Shown: positions 39,201-50,900 of the stretch, piece by piece
Layout: every line of letters begins with the position of its first letter
Position numbering within the stretch: the stretch's first letter is position 1
Translations under genes and position numbers: made by a program
Notes under the pieces: generated by a model
Told to the model about the DNA's origin: nothing
The model's input: the letters and a program-made list of their open reading frames with translations, nothing else
Databases searched by the model: none
Assembly: GCA_905178155.1 (NCBI GenBank)
Contig: CAJINV010000006.1
Location: 1,799,876 to 1,863,875 of the forward strand
Direction of reading: 5' to 3'
DNA from: Amoebophrya sp. A120
Taxonomy: Eukaryota > Protista > Dinoflagellata
Length of the DNA stretch: 64,000 nucleotides

Positions 39201-40577
39201 CAAAAATCTATTCGAAGTCGAACTGCATCAGTCGCAGCTTACTCCGACCGATTTTTCTGAATGAGAGGAAGAAAAATGACTCCGCTAAAAAACCGAAATC
39301 ATATCCATATGCAAACCATAATCGAAACAGCGCCGCTAGTACGACTGCTCGTCCGGGGCCGGACGAGGCCGAACGGCTTGAGCAAGACGAATATGAACTG
39401 CAAAAGTATCGTACTCGTATTATTGCAGTCATGCATTGCAATTTTTTTTCCGAAGGTAAATCCGCATGACACTAATGCTGTGGAAATTTGTAATGCGTTT
39501 ATACGAGTACGATATTTTTGCAGTTCATAACCAGGAACAAGATGAAGCAGTAGCAGGACAAGGAACGACAGAGGAAGCTGTACTTGTTGATAATGATACC
39601 ACCAGCGCGGAGGTAATGATACAACCGGTCCTCGAGAGGACCACATCATCAGAAGTAGGAGATGTTGAACCTCCGGAGAAAAAAAAGAGAAAGAAGAAAA
39701 AGAACAAAAATCCAGTTGCCGAAACGACCACTGATGAACATGATCAAACGCCGGGGGTTGAGGAAGTAGGTCGCGCGCACGATCCTGTACACCAAGAAGT
39801 AGTAGTTGACGATCAACAAGCCGGAGGACAACGACAAGACGAATCCATATCTGCTCCAAACGTGGTCAACACCGCGACTGGCACGACAAACAAGAAACGA
39901 AAACGGCGGAACAAATCTACCGCTGTTGATGTGCAGGAAGACGTGGAACTCCCGGGAGGGGAAGCTGCAGCAGCAACCACGGGAAGTGGAGCGGAAAACG
40001 AAGGCACGAGGAGTAAATCGACGCTGCTTGCTAAAAGAACTTCGTTTCTATCCCTTGCTGGTGAAGATCTTACAACAATTTTCTAGCTTCGAGCACGAGC
40101 TTTACGAAGCTGTTTGCCCATGAATTGTTCGTTTATAGATTCGTTGATCATGCTTCGTTTTCTATCACTGCTTTTCGTTTTCCTTCCAACAGGTATTGAC
40201 AATCCGAATCCTGTCGAACCAAACTCCGAGAATGCGGGCTCGGCTTTGGGAGGTGGAACGCACGAAACCACCGTGACTGCAGCAGGGAAAAAGAAGAAAA
40301 AAAAGAGCAGTAAAGGGCCGAAAGGTAAAATTCTCTTTGATCACATTCTTTATAGTGGCAGCGTGAGCGTCCAGTTCACCTTGCGTATGCATGTTGCACC
40401 TGACAATAAAAACGACCAAACCCAGATGACCCCAGTGCCAGTATGATTCCGGCAGACGAGCGTGAAGACCAGGACCTAGTACCACGGATTGACCACGGCC
40501 ACGACCTTCAGGATAGAGAACCTGACGCGGACGTTGCCGCTTCGAAGCCCAAGAAGAAGCGCAAGAAGAATCAGTGA
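27261..40577 (+). CDS. Large acidic, low-complexity coiled-coil protein with poly-Lys NLS-like tracts, function unknown
   Basis: Frame is traceable from ATG 27261 across elements 27392-~27682, 27789-27998, 28034-28351, 28394-31588, 31642-31974, 32571-32788, 32836-33104, 33231-33375, 33422-33696, 33743-33881, 33917-34142, 34234-34386, 34501-34709, 34858-34998, 35622-35783, 35876-36140, 36293-36544, 36592-36741, 36861-37031, 37206-37433 and 39392-39529. Probable GT-AG introns at 38502-38647, 40013-40192 and 40325-40455. Ends KPKKKRKKNQ-TGA. Junctions near 37514-37785 and 38745-39250 are uncertain. Confidence 0.7.
28626..28830. repeat. 41-bp tandem repeat, ~5 copies
   Basis: Unit GACGCCGTCTCAGTGCGTTTCTAGCTGGAAACCCA(C/G)CTAG; copies start at 28626, 28667, 28708, 28749 and 28790. 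Confidence 0.85.
29481..30033. other. Assembly gap (N run)
   Basis: 553 Ns. The same C-rich repeat CCCCCCCGCGCCCCCCCGCCCTTTCGA.ATGATGA.ACTGCGCCCCAATC lies on both sides. Confidence 0.99.
30205..30537. repeat. Degenerate (A/G)AGATT microsatellite followed by TGAATTATTCA repeats
   Basis: AAGATT/GAGATT tract at ~30205-30445, then six TGAATTATTC copies at 30444-30537. Confidence 0.85.
30668..30860. repeat. 92-bp tandem duplication with a GC hairpin
   Basis: Two near-identical units starting at 30668 and 30760, each containing GGGGCGGAC-AGC-GTCCGCCCC. Confidence 0.9.
31258..31396. repeat. 13-bp minisatellite, ~10 copies
   Basis: Tandem array of AGGTCACCTGTCA. Confidence 0.92.
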
Positions 40578-41528
40578 GACATGAGCTGCCAGCTCCTCGT
40601 CCTGGTCAGGATGAGCTCCTCGAAGATCGTGCTGAAGATGATCCAGAAGTTACCACAGCGAAGCCGAAGAAGAAGCGCAAGAAAAATCAGTGAGAGCAGA
40701 GGAAAATAAACTGATTTAATATAGTCTATCTATGATCTTCGTTTAGTCATGTTGCAAAAGAACCTTCGGTCAAATAAAGGCTCCTCGACAGGCAAGGTGA
40801 TTCATTTTCATTCTCTCAAGTGTCGATATGATGCTTCCAGGTGGGTAGACTATTCAAATCTACAAAGGACGAGATCATATTGACACCAGAAGAGGCTGCA
40901 AACTACATTACGACCCGCAATTTTATATTGTGCTATCAATCGTAACAAGGACGTCGTGCGACTGTGACTGTGCATCATAATCCAGTATTTATTTCTCTTG
41001 CGAACCTATATATTGCCAACTATAGTACTGGGAAACAAGAGACAACCGATTCTACTGTTCTTTCGTCTTTGGTCCACATGCCAACTTTTTGTTCGACGAA
41101 AGGAAAGTTCGTTTATCAATACCAGTAGTGCAGTGCAGAGAAACTACGGTGTTGGTCGTGGTGTCAAGTTATTCCGATTTCGATTTATTTCGTACTTGCG
41201 TGCAGTGGGAGTGGAGAGATGGACAAGAGGTTGCCTTTCTGCACTATTCTCGTCCTGCGTGAGAAGTTCTTTCGGTTTTCAATTTTCGTCGCTTTGTCGT
41301 GCTACACGAGGAGTCGTCGTGGTACGAGCCGGGTCGTCATGATCGTGGCCGCTGCGAAGGAAATTTAGACAGTTTTGGCAACAGCACCAATCTACCAAAA
41401 GAGCGTGGCCTGTCTGTACTTAATTTGTTGTTGCATTCAGGACCAAGAGCAGGAACAAGCTGCGAGGATCGTTCCTCGTCAGCAAGCAGAAGTATAAAAA
41501 GTAGAGGACGAAAAGTCATTAAGCAAAA

Positions 41529-43399
41529 ATGTCCACCTCCGCAGTGGAAAAAGAAAAGCAGCCTCCGCTGTCTCCCTCCCGCCAGGCGGCACAGTTATGA
41601 ACTGCAAAACCATCGTAATAGTATAAAAAAAAAGCATGACAAATTTCCTGAGCATCAGAAATGAAATTTGTAATGCGGATTTGACTTGACAAAAACATTT
41701 GCAATGCATGACTGCAATTACTACCAGTACCAGTGCGATACTTTTGCAAAGCATAAGAGTACCTGATCGGGAAGCACCCGGTGGACGGCGATACCCTTGC
41801 TCCGAAGGAGAATCCTCTGCCGTTGCCGACCCTGCTGATGAACCACTACCCCACGCCCAGCGGTGTTTTGCTCACCGGCCGGGAAAAATTTGTCCACGAT
41901 GTGCAGCTATCAAATGTAAAAATGTCTGGGTCTGGAAGATTCTGAGACTTGTCATGCATGTTTTGTATTGGCCATGATGTCTGTGATGCATGCCCTAGCA
42001 CCACAGATTTTTTGAGGGCTTCGCGATGCCTATTCCGCATGACAAATGCCCTCTCCGCGTAGCAAAAATTGCGTTCCCTTTGCTGCTCATGCAATACAGA
42101 TTTTTTTGGAATAGAAATTCAGCATCACAAGTTGCATTCTTCCAGACCCAGACATTTTTACATTTGATAGCAGCACGCCTTGTACTGCGAGGAGTGCGGT
42201 CAGGTGAAAAGGAACGCCTACCAGATGCCCAGTGACCACTTTCGAGAGTACAATATTGAGATCAGATTATACGCCGAGGATACGATCTATCATGTTCGTC
42301 GTTGATGCAAAAATTACTCTGATGACTGAATGCGTTTGTGCTCTGTTTTAGGCTACTTACATGAAACGTGTGAGTTGTTCCTGTAGCCGCACGAAAGAAC
42401 GATTTTGCAACTCTCTTCAAACCACCAGGACCATCGAAACGTGCTTGGAGGAGGCGATTTGGAAGGCTGGCGCGCTGAGTGGCAAAGACGTCAACGAACT
42501 GACGCAGGCGATTATGTACAGAAAAAAACTGTGTAAAAAGTGTAGTACTTTGGGTTGCAGATGACGATGATGAAGATGATGCAAGACAGTTACAATTGTC
42601 ATGCTGGAAATGCATCAGAGGATCTTTTTAAACATGTTTGATGTTCCAGGTATTAGCGTACGCATGACAGGCTTCCAGGGTGAATTTGTGATGCTGCTCC
42701 TCCAAAAATGATACTACATACACACTTTTTTTCTTCGATAGCGATGGTGCACGTCTTGACGGTGGCGAAACCCATATGCAATGCAATTTTTACGCCTCCG
42801 CAGCGTAGCCTGGATGAATTTGTTTTTGTCTTGCATAAAAAGTAGATTATAGAAGTAGACACCAGCTGCACCACAGGCTCGTAGCCAGCCGAAGGACTAC
42901 AATTCTTCTTCTTGTGTGTAATTTTGCATACGGATATGCTGCATCTTCAGGAGAAGTACACAGAAATGCGAAAAGTGCGATCATCTACTTAATAATAGAC
43001 ACGACTTACTTATTCGGGTAGTTCCCTTTGACATTGTTGTGCAGAGCGCTGGGGGCAAGGGCACAGTTGCATTGCATAGAACAACCCGAAGCTCGAAGCT
43101 GCTGCGGCGAAGACCATGAGGCGGTACCAAGAAAATCGGGTTATGGCGTTCTCAAACGTTACATTCTCAGCGGTGACATGGATTTGTAATGCGCGAACAG
43201 CAATAGTATAAGTGGCAATATTGCAACTTTCGCATCACAGGTTTGCCACAGATTATCATGCTGTTTAGCCCTTCGAAAATTTGTCATGCTAAGCACCTTG
43301 ATCAAGTGGAGGCTGATGGCGACTTTGCATGACAAATCCGTGTAACAATTGAGAATGTATACAGTTGAGAATGCCATACGGGTGCCGATCGACGTCTGA
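41529..43399 (+). CDS. Hypothetical protein, ~200 aa
   Basis: MSTSAVEKEKQPP...HALYCEECGQVKRN...ENRVPIDV-TGA after removing elements 41596-41755, 41908-42169, 42513-42740, 42775-43078 and 43142-43378 and a probable GT-AG intron 42294-42351. Confidence 0.65.
41908..42169. mobile_element. TIR introner family A (representative of ~24 copies, mostly 250-270 bp)
   Basis: TIR TATCAAATGTAAAAATGTCTGGGTCTGGAAGA...TCTTCCAGACCCAGACATTTTTACATTTGATA, TSD GCAGC. Other starts: 3580, 6337, 7108, 8805, 9952, 13588, 15070, 16182, 16519, 16828, 19794, 27392, 33917, 35876, 36293, 45512, 46770, 47109, 48388, 50663, 54752, 60575, 63246. Confidence 0.93.
43142..43378. mobile_element. TIR introner family E
   Basis: TIR TATGGCGTTCTCAAACGTTACATTCTCA...TGAGAATGTATACAGTTGAGAATGCCATA, TSD CGGGT. 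Other copies start at 11630, 32836 and 33422. Confidence 0.9.
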
Positions 43400-44918
43400 A
43401 AAGTGCCAGTCTATTGGCCGAAGCAAATCGACAATCGGAAAATGAATCAGAAGCGAGCTGTACTGACTTAAATTGATTTTAGAATAGAGGATTTTTTCGT
43501 GCGGTAGTTTAGCTACCAACTGTTGAACGAAGATGATCTTTATCTATTCCCCGTTGCAATGTGCGACTTTTCCTCATTGCCATCTGAAGATTTTTACCTG
43601 CTTCGCACGAAATTAAGTAAGTAAACTGCGCAAAGAACATGTGTAGAAGTTTCTCTTTCTGTTTCATCTCATGTGGACTTGCATAAACGCCCAGCTAGTA
43701 CTCGACAACTTTTCGTAGCGTGACCTCTAGTTGTCTACAGCTTTTTTATGTAAAAATGAATCTCCTGCTACAACACCTACGAACTGATAATGAAACAATG
43801 TGTTTTAGCATCGTTGGAGCTACTATTGCAGTTGGATTTGAACAATACATTGCACAAAAGTTGGAAATTTTCTTTATTGCGCACACCAAATAAAAGTGGA
43901 AAAGAAGAACGCAATAGCCCTTATTAGAGGCAGTGCGCTTCTTTGTCGTCGCGGATGGTCTTCGACAGGGGTAGTTCTTCAACGAAAAAGTATCACAAGC
44001 CTCTCGTCCGGGTCCGCCGCTGCAGCTGTCACGTAGTACTACACCGGTTGAGTTGTCCCGAAAAAAAAATTATCACTGCCGATGTAATTAAGAACCGACG
44101 AGGCAGAAAAATGTTGTCGAGATGAGAGGGTAGGTAAGTAGCAGGAGAGATAATGTGATGGGCGATTTTATTTCTCCGCCTCAAAATGTTGTCAATCATA
44201 ATGCCCGTCGTGTGATGTTGGTGGCAAAAAATGTCTCGAACTACTGCCCCCACCTCTTTACTCTAGTAAAGAGCGAGAACCTCCAAAGCCAAAGTGTGAA
44301 ACAAAGATCCTGATCCCCTGTCTGCACTCCTGGTTTAGGATAGACAAAAGAAAAACTCTAGTGAACTTAATTTTATCTTGGAGCTGATACGAGATGTTGA
44401 GGTTGACATAGCAGTCTATATGACGATCAAGATAAAAAAGAGCATTGCCTCTTTCTTGGACAACTTGTTCACATCTGGCTATGTCTCTTCCAAGTCCACC
44501 ACTTCATAATTTCATGACATAGTGATAAGATTAAGAAACGAAACTGCCTACAACGCAGATCTACTTCTACTTATGCCGCTTGTAGAATGAACCCGACTGC
44601 ATCTTCCGTATCTATCTGGTGGAAACATCAACAGCGACAAAACAGAAGGAAGTTTGTTCATAACATCAATTTCTGGATGAACTTGAAATTTTGTTACTCC
44701 ACTAGTACTACCTCGAGAATAAACATCAACTCGATTTTTACTAACGGCCGGTATCGTACTTCCTTGCTCGTATTTGGGCAGTTGTACTTCGCGTTGTCAG
44801 TAACAGAAATCCTTCGACGAGCCGCTCTCTGCGAGCAAGCTCTTACTAGTGCAGCCTCGCGTCGTGCTGCTGCCCGCAACAAGCTTTCTCTAACTTCTAA
44901 TTCATTCCCGAAAATAAG

Positions 44919-47900
44919 ATGGCCGATTCAGTCTGGGACAATTTCGATGCCGACTTTGAGTCTGCGCCACCACCGATGAAGCCGCAGCAGCCTGGTATGC
45001 AGTGCAAAAGTAAGTGGTACTATCGCTGTTATGCCTTTGTAGCAGGAGGAATTGCATGACAAATTCACTTTTTCCCCGAAGAAGAGAAAGTCGTATAAAT
45101 TTCTCATGCGCTTGCGCGCACCAGAGAAAAAATAAAAAATGATTTGTGAATATGCGAGAGCGATGTGTAGTACTTTTGCAAACCATACCTGATCTCCTCG
45201 CCACTGGTGGTGCAGCTACATCCTTCGCCGCGTTATGAAAGTGCACAACTCCCTCGCCTCCCCCTCATTTGTAATACAACAGCATGAACGGCAATAGTGC
45301 AAGCATCAGTAAGAGTGCCGGTTTTGCATGACAGATTTGCGCTGGAGTGTAGTGCCCTTTGTGCTACCAGAACTTGTCATACTAACAGTGCCATCAAGAG
45401 GCAAAGCGTCGATTGGGTCTTTTGCGTGAGAAATGAGAACGAGGGGGAGTTGTGCACTGTCATACGCGTTCGACAATGTCGACAACCAGAGCACGACGTC
45501 AGCCAGTGGAATATCAAAGGTAAAAATATCTGGGTCTGGAAGACTTCGAGACTTGTCATGCTGCTTTTCCATGACCCATGAGGTCTGGAATGCAGGACCT
45601 CGCATGACAGATTCTGCGAGACCTTATTAATGCTTATCCTGCATGAGAAACTACCTCCCGACTTGGTCAAAACTGGACGACTTTTGGCAATCATGCAACA
45701 CAGATTTTTGCATGCTGCAGATTTAGCATGACAAGTTGTAATCTTCCAGACCCAGACATTTTTACATTTTATATGGAACCGAGAGCCTCGGTGGATTTGG
45801 AATGATGAGCGACAGTATGATAAATCCAGCGGAAAACGGCGGTTTCGGCGTTACTGCCACAGGAAACAACGGCTTCGATAGCCTTCCATCTTCGAACGCG
45901 TTCGACAACGCCTTTGACACGTCAAATTTTTCGACCGGCTTGACACCCATGGGCGGTGGGGCCGACGATGCAGCTTCGGCCAATTTCGGCTCTTTTCCGC
46001 CAACTTTCGGGTCGTCAGCCAACGGGGAAATCGTTGGTGGGGTTAGCAGCGTGAAGCTCCTGGAGCTTGAGAAGACGGTAAGTATTTTTCTAGATCTGTT
46101 GCGATTGTGTTTTTCTTTTTATCACCGTTGTATGAATTTTTAAGCAGACCTCTCGCACCAGGAGAACATCATCTTCGTCCTCGTTCACCAAGCTCTATGT
46201 GTCCACCTCACATGCTCTTTTGCGTTTTAGTCTTAGTTTCATTGATGGCCAACCTTTAAGTTTCAACACTGACTCCCCGTAGAAGTATCTTCACGACACT
46301 AGCACTACAAAAAGCAGAAAGAAGTACAACCCTACTTCTATCAGGTAACCGACCTGCAGTCGCAACTCTCCCGCACCCAGTCCGAGCTCTCGCAGACCCA
46401 GTATGACAGTGCACAACCCCCCCTCCCCCTCATTTGTATAGCATGAACGGCAATACAAGCATCAGCAAGAATGCCGGTTTTGCATGACAAATTTACACTG
46501 GAGTGTAGTGCTATTTGGGCTACTCCAGAACTTGTCATGCAAACAGTGCCAATAGGCACAGCTTGCATTTGGGATTTTGCATTACAAATGAAGGGGAGGG
46601 GGAGTTATGCACTCTCATACCCAGACCCAGCTTTCCAACGAAAAACAGCGGTCGAATTCCGAAATGGAAACGCTGAAAGAGAAAGCGAGAAACGCTCTGC
46701 AGCTGAAAGAGAAAGAGCTAGAGGAAGCGCGATCCACTTCCACCTCGCAGGCGGCAGCCGCTTCTGGGATATGCATCGCAAATATGTCCGGGTCTGGGAA
46801 GTTGTGATGCACTACGATGGCTGAACTACGCTCTTGAATGTGCAGCCGCGCATGACAAAGTTTTGAGCTGCTATGTGCTGCGTAACTCGCATGGCAAATT
46901 GCGTTTGTGCATGACAAGCAAAAAGAGGTGCTTCTCCTACTCATGCATCACAGATTCAAGAGGCATGCCAGACAAGCATGACAAACTTGCACCTTTCCAG
47001 ACCCAGACACTTTTGCAGTTGATTTGGGAGGACGCAGAGTAACTCCTCTTTAACCGACGAGCAGTGGCAGCAAAAAGTGGACGAAATAAAGGAGAAGGCG
47101 AGAGCGAATATCAAATGCAAATATGTCTGGATCTGGAAGGTTGCAACTTGTGATGCTGCATTTGGATGCTACAAAAATCTGTATTGCATGAACAGCAAAA
47201 TAAGAGGGTCAGTTTTTGCCACGGCGAGAGGGTATTTCTCATGCGGTATCGACATGAGGAAGTCGTCACAAAATCTGTGATGCTAGGGTATGCGTCACAG
47301 ATGTCAGGAGTCACGCAAACGGTGCATGACAAACTTTGCATCCTTCCAGATCCAGACATATTTGCATTTGATACCGAAATTCCAGGAGCAGAACGAAGAA
47401 TGCGAAATGATCAAGACGAAAGCAAGAGAGGCCCTGGAGATGCGAAATACGAAGATCGCAGAACTCGAGAAACAGCTCGCAGAAGCTAATAGTGCGGGAG
47501 CCGCAGCTGCAAGTACTAGTGCAGGAACTCCAAGTGGTGGTGGTCCGAGCGAAGAAGAAATACAAAGCCGAATCTCCGAGGCGGTAAAAACCGCGGTTTT
47601 GGCCACAAAATCCGAGGCAGAAGCAGAGCTGCTACATCAGCAAGACCAGATTCGAACTGCGAAGGATGCGGAAATAGCCACGCTAAAGTCCGCGCTCGAA
47701 ACCGCGAAGGAAGAAGCTGCAGCTGCGGCGGTGAATAGTACAACTTCTTCTAGTACTAGCCTCCAACAGCAACAGGACCAGTTGGACGATTTGCAACAGA
47801 AATTGCAGGAAAAAACGAGTGAAAACGAGCAAATCAAGGAGAAAGCAAGGAGCAAAATCGGGGAATTAACGGAGGAAGTGGAGACGGTGAAACAAAAGGC

Positions 47901-50900
47901 GCGCGAGAGGATAGAGCAGGACAGCACGAAGATTGTGGACCTGGAGCAGAAACTGGCAGCAGCGTCTGCTGATAGCAGCAGTAGCAGTTCCTCCCTCGAC
48001 GAGATCAAGCGAAAATCGGACGAGCAGATAGCCGAATTAATGGCGGAGTTGCAGAAACTAAAAAACGAATCGGCGCAAGAAAAGCAGCAAGCCGACGAGC
48101 TTTTGCAGGCCACGAAGCAGCGCTTGGAGGAACTGCAAGCGCAGTCACAGACCGCAGCGTCGGAACTTTCTATGGACTGTAATAAGTTGTACTATATCGT
48201 ACTGAGATAGTTGGAATTGCATTACAAATTTGCTCAGCATTTTTGCGAAATGAAATTTCAATTTGTAATGCTATTTTACCTATAGGAACGAAGGACATTT
48301 GTGATGCATATCTGCAATTCCAATTGTGCTACGAGTGCGATGCTTTTGTTATGCATACTTTCCAGCGAATTGCAGCAGCAGCTGAACTATCAAATGCAAA
48401 AGTGTCTGGGTCTGGAAGGATGCAAGGTTTGTCATGTACATTTTGCATGACCCATGGTGCTTGTAATGCATGAGCTAGCATCACAGAGTTTTAGCAAGCA
48501 TCCTGATGCCTATTCCGCATGACAAATGCCCCTCTCGCGTAGCACAAACTGGACTCCTCTTCCTATTCATGCAATACAAATTTCTTTAGGATCCGAAGAC
48601 AGCATCACAAGTTCCATCCTTCCAGACCCAGACATATTTGCAATGCATATGAACGACAAGCAGCAGGAGGTGGACACCATCAAGGAGAAGGCTAAGCAGA
48701 GGATAACCGACTTGACCGAGGAAATCGAGCAGACGAAGGAGAAAGCCCGCGAAAAAATCCAGCAAGACGCCACGCGGATTCAGGAACTGACCGCGGAATT
48801 GGAAGCCGCGAAGGAGAAGGTGGTTTCCTCGGACACGGACAGCAGCCTGCAGAAATATCCTGTGCAAAAGTATCGCACTCGTCGTCATTGCATTTATGCA
48901 TTACAAAACTCCATCCCAAGGTAAAACAGAATGACAAATTCCATTTGTCATGCTGAGGTAATTTGTAATGCAATTGCTACAAGTGCGATTAAATTATACT
49001 TTTGCTATGCATAAGAAATCCGAACTGGCCATGCTGCAGCAGGGGAAACAAGATCTGGAACAGAAACTCGCGACCCTGACGACAAAGATGGAGGAAGCGC
49101 AAAACGAAGCAACAGGCAAGCTCGCGGAGCTGCAGGCCGCATTGGCCGCGAAAGACGAGGCGCTACAGCAGGCCGTCGCCGCACAAAGCTCCTCCGCGGA
49201 AGAAGTAAGTGCGCAGTTGGCCGAGAAAAGTGCCGCAGTTGAGCAGAATATTGACAGGAAAAATCCCCTCACCCCATATCAAAACGAAGTTTCTGATGCT
49301 GGATTTCCGTACACAGATCAGAGCTGTCTTGCAGTAGAGGACTGCAGGCAGATGCCGTGCCTGAGTACAGAGCTTCTGACGTGTACGCTTAGCATCACAA
49401 ATGTCTATGCTTTAGCCCAAGCAGCATCACAAACCGCCCGCATAATGCGGCGGAGACTGTAGAGTTGCCTTCTTGCAAAACAAAAAGATTTGTGGTCACA
49501 AATCAGCATTACAAATTTTCTGAGAAGTACCTTTTTGATAGGGGGAGGGAGGATTTTCCTTGGGATACAGAAAGAGCACGAATTAGAGGAGTTGAAGCAG
49601 AAAGCCAAGGGGAAAATCTCTGAGCTGAGCGAAGAGCTGGAACAGGTGAAGCAGAAGGCAAGAGAAAGGATCGAGCAAGACGCAGGTAAACTGCAACAGG
49701 CGGAAGAGGATTTAGAGAGTACGAATTGCAAAAGTAGATCGTACTAGTAGAAATCGCATGACAAATTTCCTCAGCATGAGAAATGGAAGTTGTCATGCAT
49801 ATTTACCTTGGGAACGAGATTTGTGATGCATGACTGCGATTACAACTACGGGCACGACACTTTTGCAGTGGATAGAAAAGTTGAAACAAGAACTCGCCGC
49901 GAAGGACGATCAAGCGTCCGCCGCAACTGCGACCGTGGAGGGGCAACTCTCTGAGAAATCAGAACTTTTGCGGCACCTGGAGGAAAAGCTTGAGAAGGAA
50001 GAAGAGAAAGCAGCCGAACTAAAAGCAGAAAATGCGGATTTGTCCCAGAAACTCGACGACCTGGCGACGGCAAACGAGCAGAGCCGGGCGTTACAGGAAT
50101 CCGGTTTGAAGGAAAAGATCGAGGAAGTGACACAACAGCTGGAGCAGCGAGACGTGGAGTATCCTGTGCAAAAGTATCGTACTCGTATAAATGCATATAC
50201 AAATTCCCTCAGCGTGAGAAATAAAATTTGTCATGCGGATTTACCTTAGAAAAAAATTTGTAATGCAAGATTTGCATTTGTGCGAGGCGATACTTTTGGA
50301 GTGCATATGGAGGTCGCCGAACTGAAGGAAAAAGCGAAGGCAAAGATTCTGGAATTGACGGATGAGTCCGAAACAATAAAACAGAAAGCGCGGGAGGCGC
50401 TGGAGCAAAAGAACGAGCAAATACAAACGTTGGAAGCGGAGATAAGTGCGGTAAAAGCGGAAGGGACGACGGCGACACAGGAACTGAAGGAGGAAATGGA
50501 CCGAGTCCTGGAGACCAAAAAACAGGAGCTAGAGCAGGACTTCAGCACCCAAAAATCCGCGATCCAGCAAGAAAAAGCCGAGATGGAGGGCAAGTTAGAG
50601 GCTATGGAGGAGCAGCTTGAGAAGGTGAAAACGGAAATAGCGGCGAAAAACGGCACGATAAGTATCAAAAGCAAATATGTCTGGGTCTGGGAGATTGCGA
50701 AGCTTGTCATGCTAAGTACTCTGGCATGACTCTGGATTCTGTGTTGCGTGGGCGCACAGAGCTCCTCTTGCCTGTCATGCAAGAACGCAGTTTCTCATGC
50801 GCAGTACGCAACTCAGAACCACGGAAACGAAAACTTGTCATGCTGGGCAGCGCATTACAGTGCTTCACTATTCCCTTTCTTGCATCACAAGTTTCCAGAC

